The notes under the pieces are model-generated. The model saw only the letters and a list, made by a program, of their open reading frames with translations. It ran no database searches and was not told the DNA's origin. Shown here one piece after another: positions 1 through 9,807 of a stretch of 64,000 bases of DNA. Source of the stretch: Anaeromyxobacter sp. (GTDB lineage: Bacteria; Myxococcota; Myxococcia; Myxococcales; Anaeromyxobacteraceae); assembly GCA_049840735.1 (NCBI GenBank), contig JASGJN010000012.1, positions 1 through 64,000 on the forward strand, read 5' to 3'. Each line of letters starts with the position of its first letter. The first letter of the stretch is position 1. The translations under genes and the position numbers were made by a program.

Positions 1-165
1 AACCGCCAGGGGACCACCGTGCTGCTGGTCGAGCAGAACGTCCGCCAGTCGCTGCAGATCGCGAACCGCGGCTACGTGCTCGAGCGCGGCCGGGTGGTCC
101 TGCAGGGCACCGGCGCGGCGCTGCTGGACGACACCCACGTCAGGAAGGCATTCCTGGGGATTTGA
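1..165 (+). CDS. livF: Branched-chain amino acid ABC transporter ATP-binding protein (LivF-like), 3' end only
   Basis: Frame 1 reads GTTVLLVEQNVRQSLQIANRGYVLERGRVVLQGTGAALLDDTHVRKAFLGI, TGA at 163-165; typical LivF C-terminus; truncated by window edge. Confidence 0.85.
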   Translation, partial: NRQGTTVLLVEQNVRQSLQIANRGYVLERGRVVLQGTGAALLDDTHVRKAFLGI

Positions 166-167
166 CC

Positions 168-596
168 ATGTCCGACAAGAACACCGTGGGCGACTGGATG
201 ACGCCCAACCCCATCACCATCGAGGAGGACGCCACCGTCCTCGAGGCCATCCACCTGCTCAAGGAGCGGAGCATCCGGCGCCTGCCGGTCATGCGCGGCG
301 GCCGGCTCACCGGGCTGGTGACGGAGAAGATGCTGCTCGGCTACATGCCGGCCAAGGCCACCTCGCTCGACCAGTGGGAGCTGCACTACCTGCTCTCGCG
401 CACGGCGGTGCGCGCGGCCATGAACCCGGCGCCGCACACCGTGCTGCCCACCACCCCGCTGGCGGACGCGGCGCGCCTGCTGCACGACCGGAAGCTGAAC
501 GGCGTGCTGGTGGTGAACGAGCGCGGCGACCTGGTGGGTCTGCTCACCACCACCAACGCCCTCGAGGCGCTGATCCACTTCAGCGCCCAGGGCTGA
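168..596 (+). CDS. CBS-domain pair protein (AcuB-like)
   Basis: VGDWMTPNPITIEEDATVLEAIHLLKERSIRRLPV and AMNPAPHTV...LVGLLTTTN are two CBS motifs; ATG 2 nt after livF stop. Confidence 0.85.
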   Translation: MSDKNTVGDWMTPNPITIEEDATVLEAIHLLKERSIRRLPVMRGGRLTGLVTEKMLLGYMPAKATSLDQWELHYLLSRTAVRAAMNPAPHTVLPTTPLADAARLLHDRKLNGVLVVNERGDLVGLLTTTNALEALIHFSAQG

Positions 597-712
597 GGCC
601 GCCGCCCCACACGCACGCACAGCCGCGCAGGCTGCGGCACATCGTCCCAGGCGCACGCGACGGGGGTTCACGGGGAAGCCTCGGACGCTCCGTGGGAGTA
701 GCATCCCATCGC

Positions 713-1771
713 ATGTCCGACGCCATCGTCAACCCGCGGCGTGTCCACCGCGCGACGGCCCGCTGCCGGACCGCCATCAGCTCGACTGAGGGTGAATTCG
801 TCACGGAGACGGAGGACATCGGCGCGCGCGGCTGCCAGGTGGTCTCGCCGCGGAGCCTCTCCCGCGGGCGGCCGGTCACGCTCCTCATCTCGAGCCCCAA
901 GGTGCGCGCCGACCTCAAGGTGCAGGGGCGCGTGGCCTGGGTGAGCCCCCAGCCGCCCTGGCGGCTGGGGATCGCCTTCGACGGCGGCGACGTGCCCCGC
1001 GCGGCGCAGTTCATGGAGTCGCTGATGGCCGCCTACCCGGCCATCGCCGCGGCCCGCCGCATCCCGGAGCGGATCGCGACCGACGCCACCGTCTACCTGG
1101 GCGCGGCGCCCTCGCTGCTGGTGGACTTCACCGACGACGAGCTGCGGCTCCTGCGGGCGGTGGGCGTCGGCACCTCGGTGGGCGAGCTGCGCGCCGGCCA
1201 GGGCGACGGCTGGCCGCGGCTGCAGCGCGCCTTCTTCTCGCTGCTCGGCAGCCAGCACCTGACGCTCTCGCGCCCCTCCTCCAGCCACCCCACCGCCTGG
1301 CGCCACGTGCTGGGCGACGCCTGCGCGCCCGGGCCGGCCCGCGGCCCCACGCCGGCGCCGCGCGCCGCGCCGGAGGCGGCCACGGCCTCGCGCTTCGCGG
1401 CGGCCGAGGTGGCCGCGCCGCCGCGCCCGTCGCCCCTGCCGCCGCCGCTCCCGCCCGCCGCGGTGGGCTGCCCGCACCCGCAGGCGCGCGCCGCCGCCGC
1501 CCAGGGCGCGGGCGCGGTGGCCCGCGCGCTCGACCCCTCCGCCCCGCGCGGCCACGCGCCGGACCACTCCGGCGCGGGCGTGGGCTGGCGCGCCCGCGGC
1601 GGAGCGCGGCCGGCCGAGGCCCAGGAGTGCTACGACCGCGCCGCGGCCGAGCTGGACGCCGGGCGGGCCATCACCGCCCTGGCCCTGCTGCGGCGCGCGC
1701 TGGCGCTCGCCCCGGGCGACGCCGAGATCGCCGCCGCCATCGGCGCGGCGATGTTCAGGCACAGGCACTGA
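713..1771 (+). CDS. PilZ-domain protein with Pro/Ala linker and C-terminal TPR-like helix pair
   Basis: NPRRVHR and EDIGARGC match PilZ RxxxR and D/NxSxxG-like motifs; GRVAWV; C-terminal ALALLRRALALAPGDAEIA. Confidence 0.7.
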   Translation: MSDAIVNPRRVHRATARCRTAISSTEGEFVTETEDIGARGCQVVSPRSLSRGRPVTLLISSPKVRADLKVQGRVAWVSPQPPWRLGIAFDGGDVPRAAQFMESLMAAYPAIAAARRIPERIATDATVYLGAAPSLLVDFTDDELRLLRAVGVGTSVGELRAGQGDGWPRLQRAFFSLLGSQHLTLSRPSSSHPTAWRHVLGDACAPGPARGPTPAPRAAPEAATASRFAAAEVAAPPRPSPLPPPLPPAAVGCPHPQARAAAAQGAGAVARALDPSAPRGHAPDHSGAGVGWRARGGARPAEAQECYDRAAAELDAGRAITALALLRRALALAPGDAEIAAAIGAAMFRHRH

Positions 1772-1874
1772 GGCGGAACCCAGGAGCTCGTGATCACCCG
1801 ACGGTGTCGGTCCCGGAACGCAGCGGGGCGGCCCGGAGGCCGCCCCGCGCATGCTCGAGGCCTCGAGGCGCCGG

Positions 1875-2834
1875 CTACATCGGCGTCACGGGGGCGTGGC
1901 AGGCGCCCTCGACGCAGAACATGCCGGTCTCGCAATCCAGGTCGCCGGAGCAGGTGGTGCCCTCGCCGCCGGGGGCGCAGGAGCCCTCCACGCACATGTT
2001 CGAGAGGCACTCCTCGTTGGCGCCGCAGGGATCGCCGGCGGGCCCGGGGCCGCTGCTGGTGCAGGTCCCGTCGGTGCCGCAGGCGCCCGCGGCGCAGTCG
2101 GTGTCGGCGCGGCAGGGCTCGCCCGGATCGCTGGAGGTGCAGGTGCCCTCCACGCAGTCGGCCGAGAGGCACTCGCTCCCCTCGACGCAGGTGGTGCCCG
2201 GGCCGCCCGGCGCGCAGGTCCCGCCGGCGTCGCAGAGGCCGGAGGCGCAGCTGGTGGGCTCACAGCTCCCGCCCTCGCCGCCGCAGTCGGTGCCGGTGGT
2301 GTCCACCGCCTTCACCTTGATGACGGGGCGGAGGATCCACTCGTCGCCCTGGCCGGTCGGGTGGTACCAAATCGACCTGTTGCCGTCGAAGTCGAGCGTG
2401 ATGGCGGTCTGGGTGCAGTCGGCGATGGTCCAGGGGCCGTTGATCTTGATGCCCGACTGGTAGCCGCTCGGCACCTTCAGCGGCACGCCCTCCACGCCGT
2501 CCACGGTGACCGTGTTGCCCTCCTCGGCCACCACCAGGCGCAGCTGGGTGATGGTCCCGGGGGGCAGCGACACCAGGCCCAGCGGCTCGACCGCGGCCTG
2601 GAGCTGCAGCAGGTCGACGCGCACGGGCGTCTCGCTGACGGTGATCCAGCCCTCGCCCGCGTGGTGGGCGCGGACCTGCGTCACGTTCACCCATATCTCG
2701 GAGACGGACGGGTTCGGCGCGTCGGTCAGCAGGACGGACAGCTTGCCCGGGCCGCTCTTCTCCGAGCTGTTGCAGGCGAGCGCCAGGGCCGCGACGGCGC
2801 TGGCGAGGACGGCGGGGATGCGGTGCGCGATCAT
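1875..2834 (-). CDS. DUF4382-like lipoprotein with Cys-rich repeat C-terminus
   Basis: Lipobox LALAC; LSVLLTDAP, LKVPSG and ITLDFD motifs; repeated GxxCxxxxxCxSxxCxxGxC units. Confidence 0.7.
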   Translation of the reverse strand: MIAHRIPAVLASAVAALALACNSSEKSGPGKLSVLLTDAPNPSVSEIWVNVTQVRAHHAGEGWITVSETPVRVDLLQLQAAVEPLGLVSLPPGTITQLRLVVAEEGNTVTVDGVEGVPLKVPSGYQSGIKINGPWTIADCTQTAITLDFDGNRSIWYHPTGQGDEWILRPVIKVKAVDTTGTDCGGEGGSCEPTSCASGLCDAGGTCAPGGPGTTCVEGSECLSADCVEGTCTSSDPGEPCRADTDCAAGACGTDGTCTSSGPGPAGDPCGANEECLSNMCVEGSCAPGGEGTTCSGDLDCETGMFCVEGACHAPVTPM

Positions 2835-3065
2835 GAGAGAGCTTCCTCCAGGTGGGACCCAGGGCCGGGAAGCGGCCGAGAGGTCACACGGACAAGGGAC
2901 GGACGCCGTCCTGGGAGGTTTCAGGCATTCTCACTTCGCGTGTAGAACACATGGGGCCAGGGACGAGGCGAACCCACCCCGCCGCACGCGCCCCCCTGCG
3001 CCCCCACCCGCGCCGAGCCACTTCGCCGCAGCGCCGGGGCGTCCTGCCCCGGCGCCGCTCCGGCG

Positions 3066-5493
3066 CTAGCGGCGGCCGCCGCGCTTGCCGCCCTTGCCCT
3101 TGGGTGGCGGCCGCTGCCCGCCGCGCTGGCCGCTGCGCCCGGCGCGCTGGCCGCCCGCCTTGCCGGCGCGGCCGGGCTGCGCGGCGCCGCGCTTCTGCTG
3201 CCCGGCCCGCTCGCGCACGGCGTCCGCCAGCCGGCGCGGGCGGTGCTTCATGACCAGCCCCTCGCGCTCCGCGCCAGGCGCCGCCGGCGCGGCGGCGCCC
3301 AGCCCCTCGCCCGCCAGCTGCAGCGTGATCTGCCGGCGCACCGGGCTGGCCGCCGCGACCAGCACGCGGACCGGATCGCCCACCCGGAAGGACCGGCCGG
3401 TGCGCGCGTCCACCAGCGCGTGGTGCACCGGGTCCAGCTCGAACGCGCCCGGCAGCTCCTCGGCCTTCACCAGCCCCTCCACGAAGAAGGGCTTGAGCTC
3501 CACGAACAGGCCGAACTCCACCACCGCCGAGACCACGCCGTCGCAGGTCTCGCCCACCTTGTCCTGCATGAAGAGCGCGGCGTAGTAGGCGTCGATCTCG
3601 CGCTCGCCCTCCATGGACGCGCGCTCGCGCTCGCTGCAGAGCGCGGCCAGCTCCTCCAGCGCGGGCGCCGGGGTCTGCTTGACCGGCTTGCCCAGCCGGC
3701 GCGCCCACTCCTCCTTCAGCAGCCGGTGCACCATCAGGTCCGGGTAGCGGCGGATGGGCGAGGTGAAGTGCAGGTAGTGCTCGGCGGCCAGGCCGTAGTG
3801 GCCGATGTTCTCGGGCGTGTAGATGGCCTGCATCATGGCCCGCAGCAGCAGCTGGTTCAGCGCCCGCTGCTGGGCGTGGCCGGCCAGCTTCTCCAGCAGC
3901 GCGTTGAGCGCGCGCGGGTCGCGCGGCTCGACCGGCGCGGCGAAGCCGTGGGTGGCGGCGAGGTCGAGGAAGGCCTGCAGCTTCTCCTCGTCCGGCGCCC
4001 CGTGCACCCGGTAGATGGTGGGCAGCTCGCGCGTCCCGAACCAGCGGGCCACCGCCTCGTTGGCGGCCAGCATGAACTCCTCGACGATGCGGTGGGCGCG
4101 GTTGCGGGGCCGCTTCTCGATGGCCGAGACCCGGCCGTCCTCGCCCAGGACGATCTTGGCCTCGGGCAGGTCGAAGTCGATGGCGCCGCGCCGCCGCCGC
4201 ATGGCGGTGAGCTTGCCCTGCAGCTCGGCCATGAGCTCGAAGGCCTCGCGGAACCGCTCCCGCCCCGGCACCCGCTCGCCGGCCAGCACCCGCGCCACCT
4301 CGTTGTAGGTGCAGCGGGCGGCGCTCCGCATCACCGCCTCGTAGACCTCGGCCTCCTTCACGTCACCGTGGCCGTCCACCACCAGGTCGGCCACCATGCA
4401 GAGCCGGTCCACCTCCGGGTTGAGCGAGCAGATCCCGTTGGAGAGCCGCTCCGGGAGCATGGGCAGCACCTGCATCGGGAAGTAGACGCTGGTCCCCCGC
4501 CGCTGCGCCTCGCCGTCGAGCGCCGTCCCGGGCCGCACGTAGTGGGCCACGTCGGCGATGGCCACCACCAGCCGGTACAGGGGCTTCCCCTTGCGCGCCG
4601 GCAGCCGCTCCACGTGGACGGCGTCGTCGAAGTCGCGCGCGTCCTCGCCGTCGATGGTCACCAGCGGCAGGCCGGTCAGGTCCTTGCGGCCGCGCCAGTC
4701 CTCCGCCCGGACGTGGTCCGGGGTCTCCTCGGCCTCGGCCTGGACGGTCTCCGGGAAGACGTCGGCGAACCCCTTGGCGTACGCCACCTTGAGGACCTCG
4801 ACCCTGGGCTCCCCGGGCCGGCCGATGGCCTCGATGACGTGCCCCACCAGCTTGGCGCTGCCGGGGTCCAGCGCCACCTTGACCACCTCGCCGTCGGAGG
4901 CCCGCTCCGTCTCGGGGACGGGCACGTAGGCGGCCAGCTGCGGATTCCGCCGGGACGACGAACGAGCTCTTGCCGCGCGCGTGATAGGTGCCGATGAGGA
5001 GCCTGCGGCGGCGCTCCACCACCTCGACCACCTCCCCGGCGGTGCGCCCCCCGCGCGCCGGCACGATGGCCACGCGGATCAGGTCGCCGTCCAGCGCCTT
5101 GGCCGCCTCGTCCGGCGGCACGAAGACGTCGTCTCCCTGCCGGTCGAGCCGCGCCACGAAGCCGAAGCCGTCGCGGTGCTTCTTGAGCGTCCCCACCACC
5201 TCGTTGCGCCGCCCCCCCGAGAGCGCGCCGCGGCGGGCGCGGGGCGCCTGCAGGCCGCCCGGCGCAGCCCGGGGCGCCTCGGCCGCCAGGCCGGCCAGCG
5301 CGTAGCGCTTGCCGTCGCGCCGCAGCATGCCGTCGCGGGCCAGGTCGCGGAGCGCCCGCTTCACCTCCGTCCGCTCCCCGGGGTGGATGCGGGCGCGGGC
5401 CATCAGCTCCTGGACGGACGCCGGCTTCCCGCCGGCGCGGCGGAGCTCGGCGAGCAACGCGGCGCGGCGGCTGTCATTCGTGTCTTGGGCCAT
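3066..5493 (-). CDS. rnr: Ribonuclease R, one apparent frameshift at about 4945
   Basis: N-terminal GTLKKHRDGFGFV cold-shock domain (ORF 4363..5550) joins RNB domain TIDGEDARDFDDAV, HFTSPIRRYPDL and S1 domain (ORF 3066..4925); break at GATTC 4943-4947. Confidence 0.92.
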
Positions 5494-6082
5494 CGGATCT
5501 CCCTGGCCGGCGGCGCGGACTCGATGGGTCCGGCACGCCGCGCGGGCCACTGGGGGCGGAGTCTACACGCCGTCCGGCGCTGGCGCCCCGCTTTCGACCG
5601 GGCCGCCCACCCGCGACCGGGGGTGGATCCGCGCAACCGCTGCCCTGGCTCCGGTCACGCGCTGCCAGTGGACCGTACCGCGGGTGAGCCCGCACCGCGA
5701 GCGCAGGGTCCGCCCGGCGGCGCGCGCCACGGCCCCGGGGTGAAGGGCCGGACCCCGGCGGATCGAAGCGCTTGCGCGTGGAGGCTTGATCTCGCCCCTC
5801 GCAACCGTTTGCCAGACGGGTGCGAGCGGACCCCATACCTGGGGCCAACCCGTACGCAAGGTGTCATGCCCTTCCCGCCGTGGAGCGGCGCAGCACCCGC
5901 GGTGCGGTTCGCGCGAAGTACGACCTCCGCCTCCTCCTGCGCGCCCCACGTTCACGCGGTCGCAGGAACGCGGGACAGGGCGTGAAACGGGGAAGGTGTT
6001 AATCCTGCCATCAACAACGCGGAACGCTCGGTGAATGGCGCTGCCGCGAAGAACCCCCCGTCGCAGCACGCAGGAGCACCAC

Positions 6083-6290
6083 ATGCCCGGTCTCCGCCGA
6101 CAAGTTCGCCGTCAACCTCAAGAGCGAGCGGCTCCGCCGCAAGCTGTCCCAGGAGGCGCTCGCCGCGAAGGCGGGCCTCTCCGTGTCGTACATCTCGATG
6201 CTCGAGCGCGGGCAGCGCACGCCGCCGCTCGACACCCTCGAGTCGCTGGCCAAGGCGCTCGCCGTCTCGCCCACCTCGCTGCTCTCGTAG
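6083..6290 (+). CDS. XRE-family helix-turn-helix regulator, not in ORF track, 1-nt frameshift just after ATG
   Basis: Hand translation [67 protein letters not shown] 6288-6290; AGGAG RBS before ATG 6083. Confidence 0.8.
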
Positions 6291-6507
6291 CACCCGGCGA
6301 CAGCAGGCCGCGCGGCGCCCTCCGGGGCGCCGCGCGCGCTTCAGGGGGCTGCGCCCCTCCCCCCGGCTGCGCCCCCCTCCCTGCCGCCCGCGATCCCCAC
6401 CGCCCACCGCGCACCCGAGACCCCCGCCCGCGTGGCGCGCTGGCGCGAGATTGCTTATGTTCCCGGCCCTTGGCCCCCACAGCCGCCGGCCGGGAAAGGA
6501 CCGCTGG

Positions 6508-6786
6508 ATGTCGCGCATGGTGCAGTGTGTGAAGCTCGGGCGTGAGCTGCCAGGCCTCGGGTTCAAGCCGTTCCCGAACGAGCTGGGGCAGCGGATCTAC
6601 GACCACGTGTCGGCCGACGCGTGGAAGCTGTGGCTCGAGCACTTCAAGATGATCCTGAACGAGTACCGGCTCTCCCCCGGCGACCCGCGGACCAAGGAGA
6701 TCCTCTACCAGCAGGCCGAGGTGTTCTTCTTCGGCGAGGGCGCGCAGGTGCCCCCCGACTACCGGCCCCCTCCCGCCAAGGGGTAG
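6508..6786 (+). CDS. yggX: Oxidative damage protection / Fe(II)-trafficking protein YggX
   Basis: [17 protein letters not shown]...[33 protein letters not shown] matches the YggX pattern. Confidence 0.88.
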   Translation: MSRMVQCVKLGRELPGLGFKPFPNELGQRIYDHVSADAWKLWLEHFKMILNEYRLSPGDPRTKEILYQQAEVFFFGEGAQVPPDYRPPPAKG

Positions 6787-6790
6787 CGCC

Positions 6791-8243
6791 GTGCGAGGGC
6801 CAGGCGAGCTGCTGCTGGTCTCGACCTACGAGCTCGGCCACACGCCCCACGGGCTCGCCCTCCCCCTCGCCTTCCTCGAGCGAGCCGGCTTCCGCCCGGC
6901 CACGCTCGACCTCGCCGTCGAGCCGCTCGACCCCGCGCGCGTGCGCGCGGCGCGGCTGGTGGCCTTCTCGGTCCCCATGCACACGGCGCTGCGCCTGGCC
7001 CTCCAGGCGGCGGACCAGGTGCGGGCGCTGCAGCCCGCCGCGCGCCTGGCCTTCCACGGCCTCTCGGCGCCGCTGCACGCCGCGGCGCTGCTGGAGGCCG
7101 GGGCCGACGCGGTGCTGGGCGGCGAGTGCGAGCCGGCCCTGGTGGCGCTGGCCGAGGCGCTGGAACGCGGCGAGCCCGATCTCTCCCGGTTCGTGCAGCG
7201 CGGCGGGGCGGCGGCCGCCCTGCGGCGCGCGATCGAGCCCGTCCCCAGCCGGCGCGCCCTGCCCGCGCTGGAGCGGTACGCCAGGCTGGACGCCGGGGAC
7301 GGCCGGCTGCGGGTGGCCGGCTACGCCGAGGCGAGCCGCGGCTGCAAGCACCGCTGCCGGCACTGCGCCATCCCCGCGGTGTACCGCGGGCGGTTCGTGG
7401 CGGTGGAGGTCGGGACGGTCCTGGCGGACGTGGCGCAGCAGGTGGCGCTGGGGGCCGAGCACCTCACCTTCGGCGACCCCGACTTCCTGAACGGCCCGAC
7501 CCACGCGCTGCGCGTGGCCAGGGCGGTGCACGCGCGCTTCCCGCAGCTCACCTTCGACTTCACCGCCAAGGTCGAGCACCTGGTGGCCCACCCCGACCTG
7601 GTGGCGGAGCTGGGGCAGCTGGGGGCGGTCTTCGTTACCTCCGCCGTCGAGTCGCTCTCCGACGAGGTCCTGCGCCGGCTCGACAAGGGGCACGACCGCG
7701 CCGCGGCCCTGCGCGCGTTCGAGGTCTGCGCCCGGGCCGGCGTCCCGCTGCGCCCGTCGCTGGTCCCCTTCACGCCCTGGGAGACCCTGGACGGCCTGGT
7801 CGACCTGCTGGAGACGCTCGACGCCCGCGGGCTGCTGGGCCAGGTCGATCCCATCCAGCTCTCGATCCGGCTGCTGGTGCCGCCCGGCTCGCTGCTGGAG
7901 GGCGACCCGGGCATCCCGTTCGACGCGCTCGATCCCCGCCGCGCTCACCTGGCGCTGGCGCCACCCCGATCCGCGCATGGACGCGCTCCAGGCGCGCGTC
8001 GCCGCCGAGGTGGAGGCGGCGACCGCGGCCGGCGTCCCGCCGCTGGAGCTGGCGCACGCGATCAAGGCGCTGGTCCTGGGCGTCGCCGGGGTGGCGCACC
8101 GCCACGTGCGCGTGCTCGCGCCGGACCAGCGCCGCGTGCCCCGGCTGACCGAGAGCTGGTTCTGTTGAGCGGAGCCGACCGCGCGGCAGACCGGTCTGGT
8201 CTGCGGAGAAGACCGGAAGGACGGCGGAGCGGGCGGGGCGTGA
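6791..8243 (+). CDS. CUAEP/CCAEP-tail radical SAM protein, predicted selenoprotein; apparent frameshift at about 7935; UGA(Sec) at 8166-8168
   Basis: B12-binding-like N-terminus, CxxxCxxC (GCKHRCRHC); shifted frame gives LTWRWRHPDPRMD...PRLTESWFC-TGA-AEPT; next in-frame stop 8241-8243. Confidence 0.85.
8186..8204 (+). promoter_or_regulatory. Putative bacterial SECIS hairpin
   Basis: GCAGACC-GGTCT-GGTCTGC perfect 7-bp stem with GGUCU loop, starting 17 nt after the in-frame TGA. Confidence 0.7.
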
Positions 8244-8250
8244 GCGGTCC

Positions 8251-9531
8251 TCAGGCGGTGGTGGGCAGCGCCGGCCGGATGTCGAAGCCCAGCCTGGCGT
8301 GCCCCTCGCGCAGGGCCCGCTCCACGTCCGCGGGGCCGGCGGCGGACCGGGCGAAGAGGAAGCCCAGGTAGGCGTCCCCCTCCGGCAGCGGCACCACCTC
8401 GCGCCCGGTGGGCGCGGTGATGACCACGTCGGCCACGCCGGGGACGGCGCGCGCGGCCTCCAGGCCCTCCACCGCGTGCAGGACACCCCGGCGCGGGATG
8501 GGGAGCATCATCACGCCGGCCGCGCCCGGCTCGCGGCGCAGCTCGTCCAGGGGCAGCCGCATGGCGTGCGCCACCAGCACCTCCTCCAGCGTCAGCCCGG
8601 CGCCGAAGCGGAGCGTGCGCGAGCAGAGCCCGCCGATGGAGCGGGCGGCGACCTCCAGCACCACCGGCCCGGACGGCGGGAGCCGCAGCTCGGCGTGGAC
8701 CGGCCCCTCGGTCAGCCCCAGCGCGCGGGCCGCCGCCGCGGCCACGCGCGCCACCTCGGCCTGCAGCGCCTCGGGGTGGCGCGACGGGGTCACGTAGAGC
8801 GTCTCCTCGAAGTAGGGCCCGTCCAGCGGGTCCGGCTTGTCGAACAGCGCCAGGACCTCCAGCCGCCCGCCGCGGAGCAACCCCTCCAGCGCCACCTCCG
8901 CGCCGGGCACGAACCGCTCCACCAGCAGCCGCCGCGCCGCGTCCCCCTCCCGCGCGCGGCGCTCGGCGGCTGTGTCGTGCAGCAGCCGCGCGATGCGCCG
9001 CCAGGCGGCCACGAACGCGGCCGGGTCGTCGGCGCGGATCACGCCCCGGCTGGCGGAGAAGATGAGCGGCTTGAGGACGCACGGGTACGCCACCGCCCCG
9101 GCCACCGCGGCCGGGTCCTCGTCCAGCCCGTGCACCGCGAAGCCCGGCACCGGCACACCCGCCGCCGCCAGCGCCTCGCGCATGGCGCGCTTGTCGCCGG
9201 CGCGCCGGGCCGCCTCCGGCGGGTTGAACGGGAGCCCCAGCCGCTCCGCCGCCAGCGCCGCGATCACCGCGGTGGCGTCGCTCGAGGCCACCACCCCGCC
9301 GATGGGCCGGGCGCGCGCCGCGGCGGCGATTTGCTGCGCCGCCGCCGCAGGCCGCCGGTAGTCGATGGAGAGCTGGTCCGGCCGCTCGGGAAAGAGCTCC
9401 TCGACGCGGTGGCACAGGTCGCTGCCCACCAGGAGCGGCACGCCCAGGCGCGCCGCTGCGGCGCTGAAGTCGTCCAGCCTGTAGCTGGTGGTCGGGACCA
9501 GAAGGAGCAGCGCACCGGAGGCCACGGGCAT
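8251..9531 (-). CDS. ATP-grasp domain protein
   Basis: DKRAMREAL, YPCVLKPLIFSASRGVIRAD, LLVERFVPGAEVALEG, HAELR, VLEVAARSIGG. Confidence 0.85.
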   Translation of the reverse strand: MPVASGALLLLVPTTSYRLDDFSAAAARLGVPLLVGSDLCHRVEELFPERPDQLSIDYRRPAAAAQQIAAAARARPIGGVVASSDATAVIAALAAERLGLPFNPPEAARRAGDKRAMREALAAAGVPVPGFAVHGLDEDPAAVAGAVAYPCVLKPLIFSASRGVIRADDPAAFVAAWRRIARLLHDTAAERRAREGDAARRLLVERFVPGAEVALEGLLRGGRLEVLALFDKPDPLDGPYFEETLYVTPSRHPEALQAEVARVAAAAARALGLTEGPVHAELRLPPSGPVVLEVAARSIGGLCSRTLRFGAGLTLEEVLVAHAMRLPLDELRREPGAAGVMMLPIPRRGVLHAVEGLEAARAVPGVADVVITAPTGREVVPLPEGDAYLGFLFARSAAGPADVERALREGHARLGFDIRPALPTTA

Positions 9532-9807
9532 GCCCACCGTATGGCCCAGCCCCGGCCCGCAGGCAAGCCGGCCGCCCCGCCGCTCGGCGCGGGTCTGCGC
9601 AAGGCCGCCGGCGCCAGCGCGCGCCCCGCGCGGACGGAGCCCGCACGGAGCCGGACGCGCGCCGCTTCCGCGAGGCAGCCCGGACAGGGAAGCGGCCGGC
9701 CAGGGAGGCGGAGTGGCGCAGGCCCCGAGGAGCACCGGCTCCTCGCCCACCCAGGGCGCTGGCTGCGGGTGAAGCCCTGGTTACCCTCCTCGCGCCCGGG
9801 AGGAGAC

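Noticed and set aside
5745..5830. Possible c-di-GMP-I riboswitch on the minus strand (GGCAAAC...AAGCCTCC)
   Set aside because: The GNRA-capped stem and GACGCAAAGC core do not fit; more likely promoter sequence; an Rfam scan would settle it
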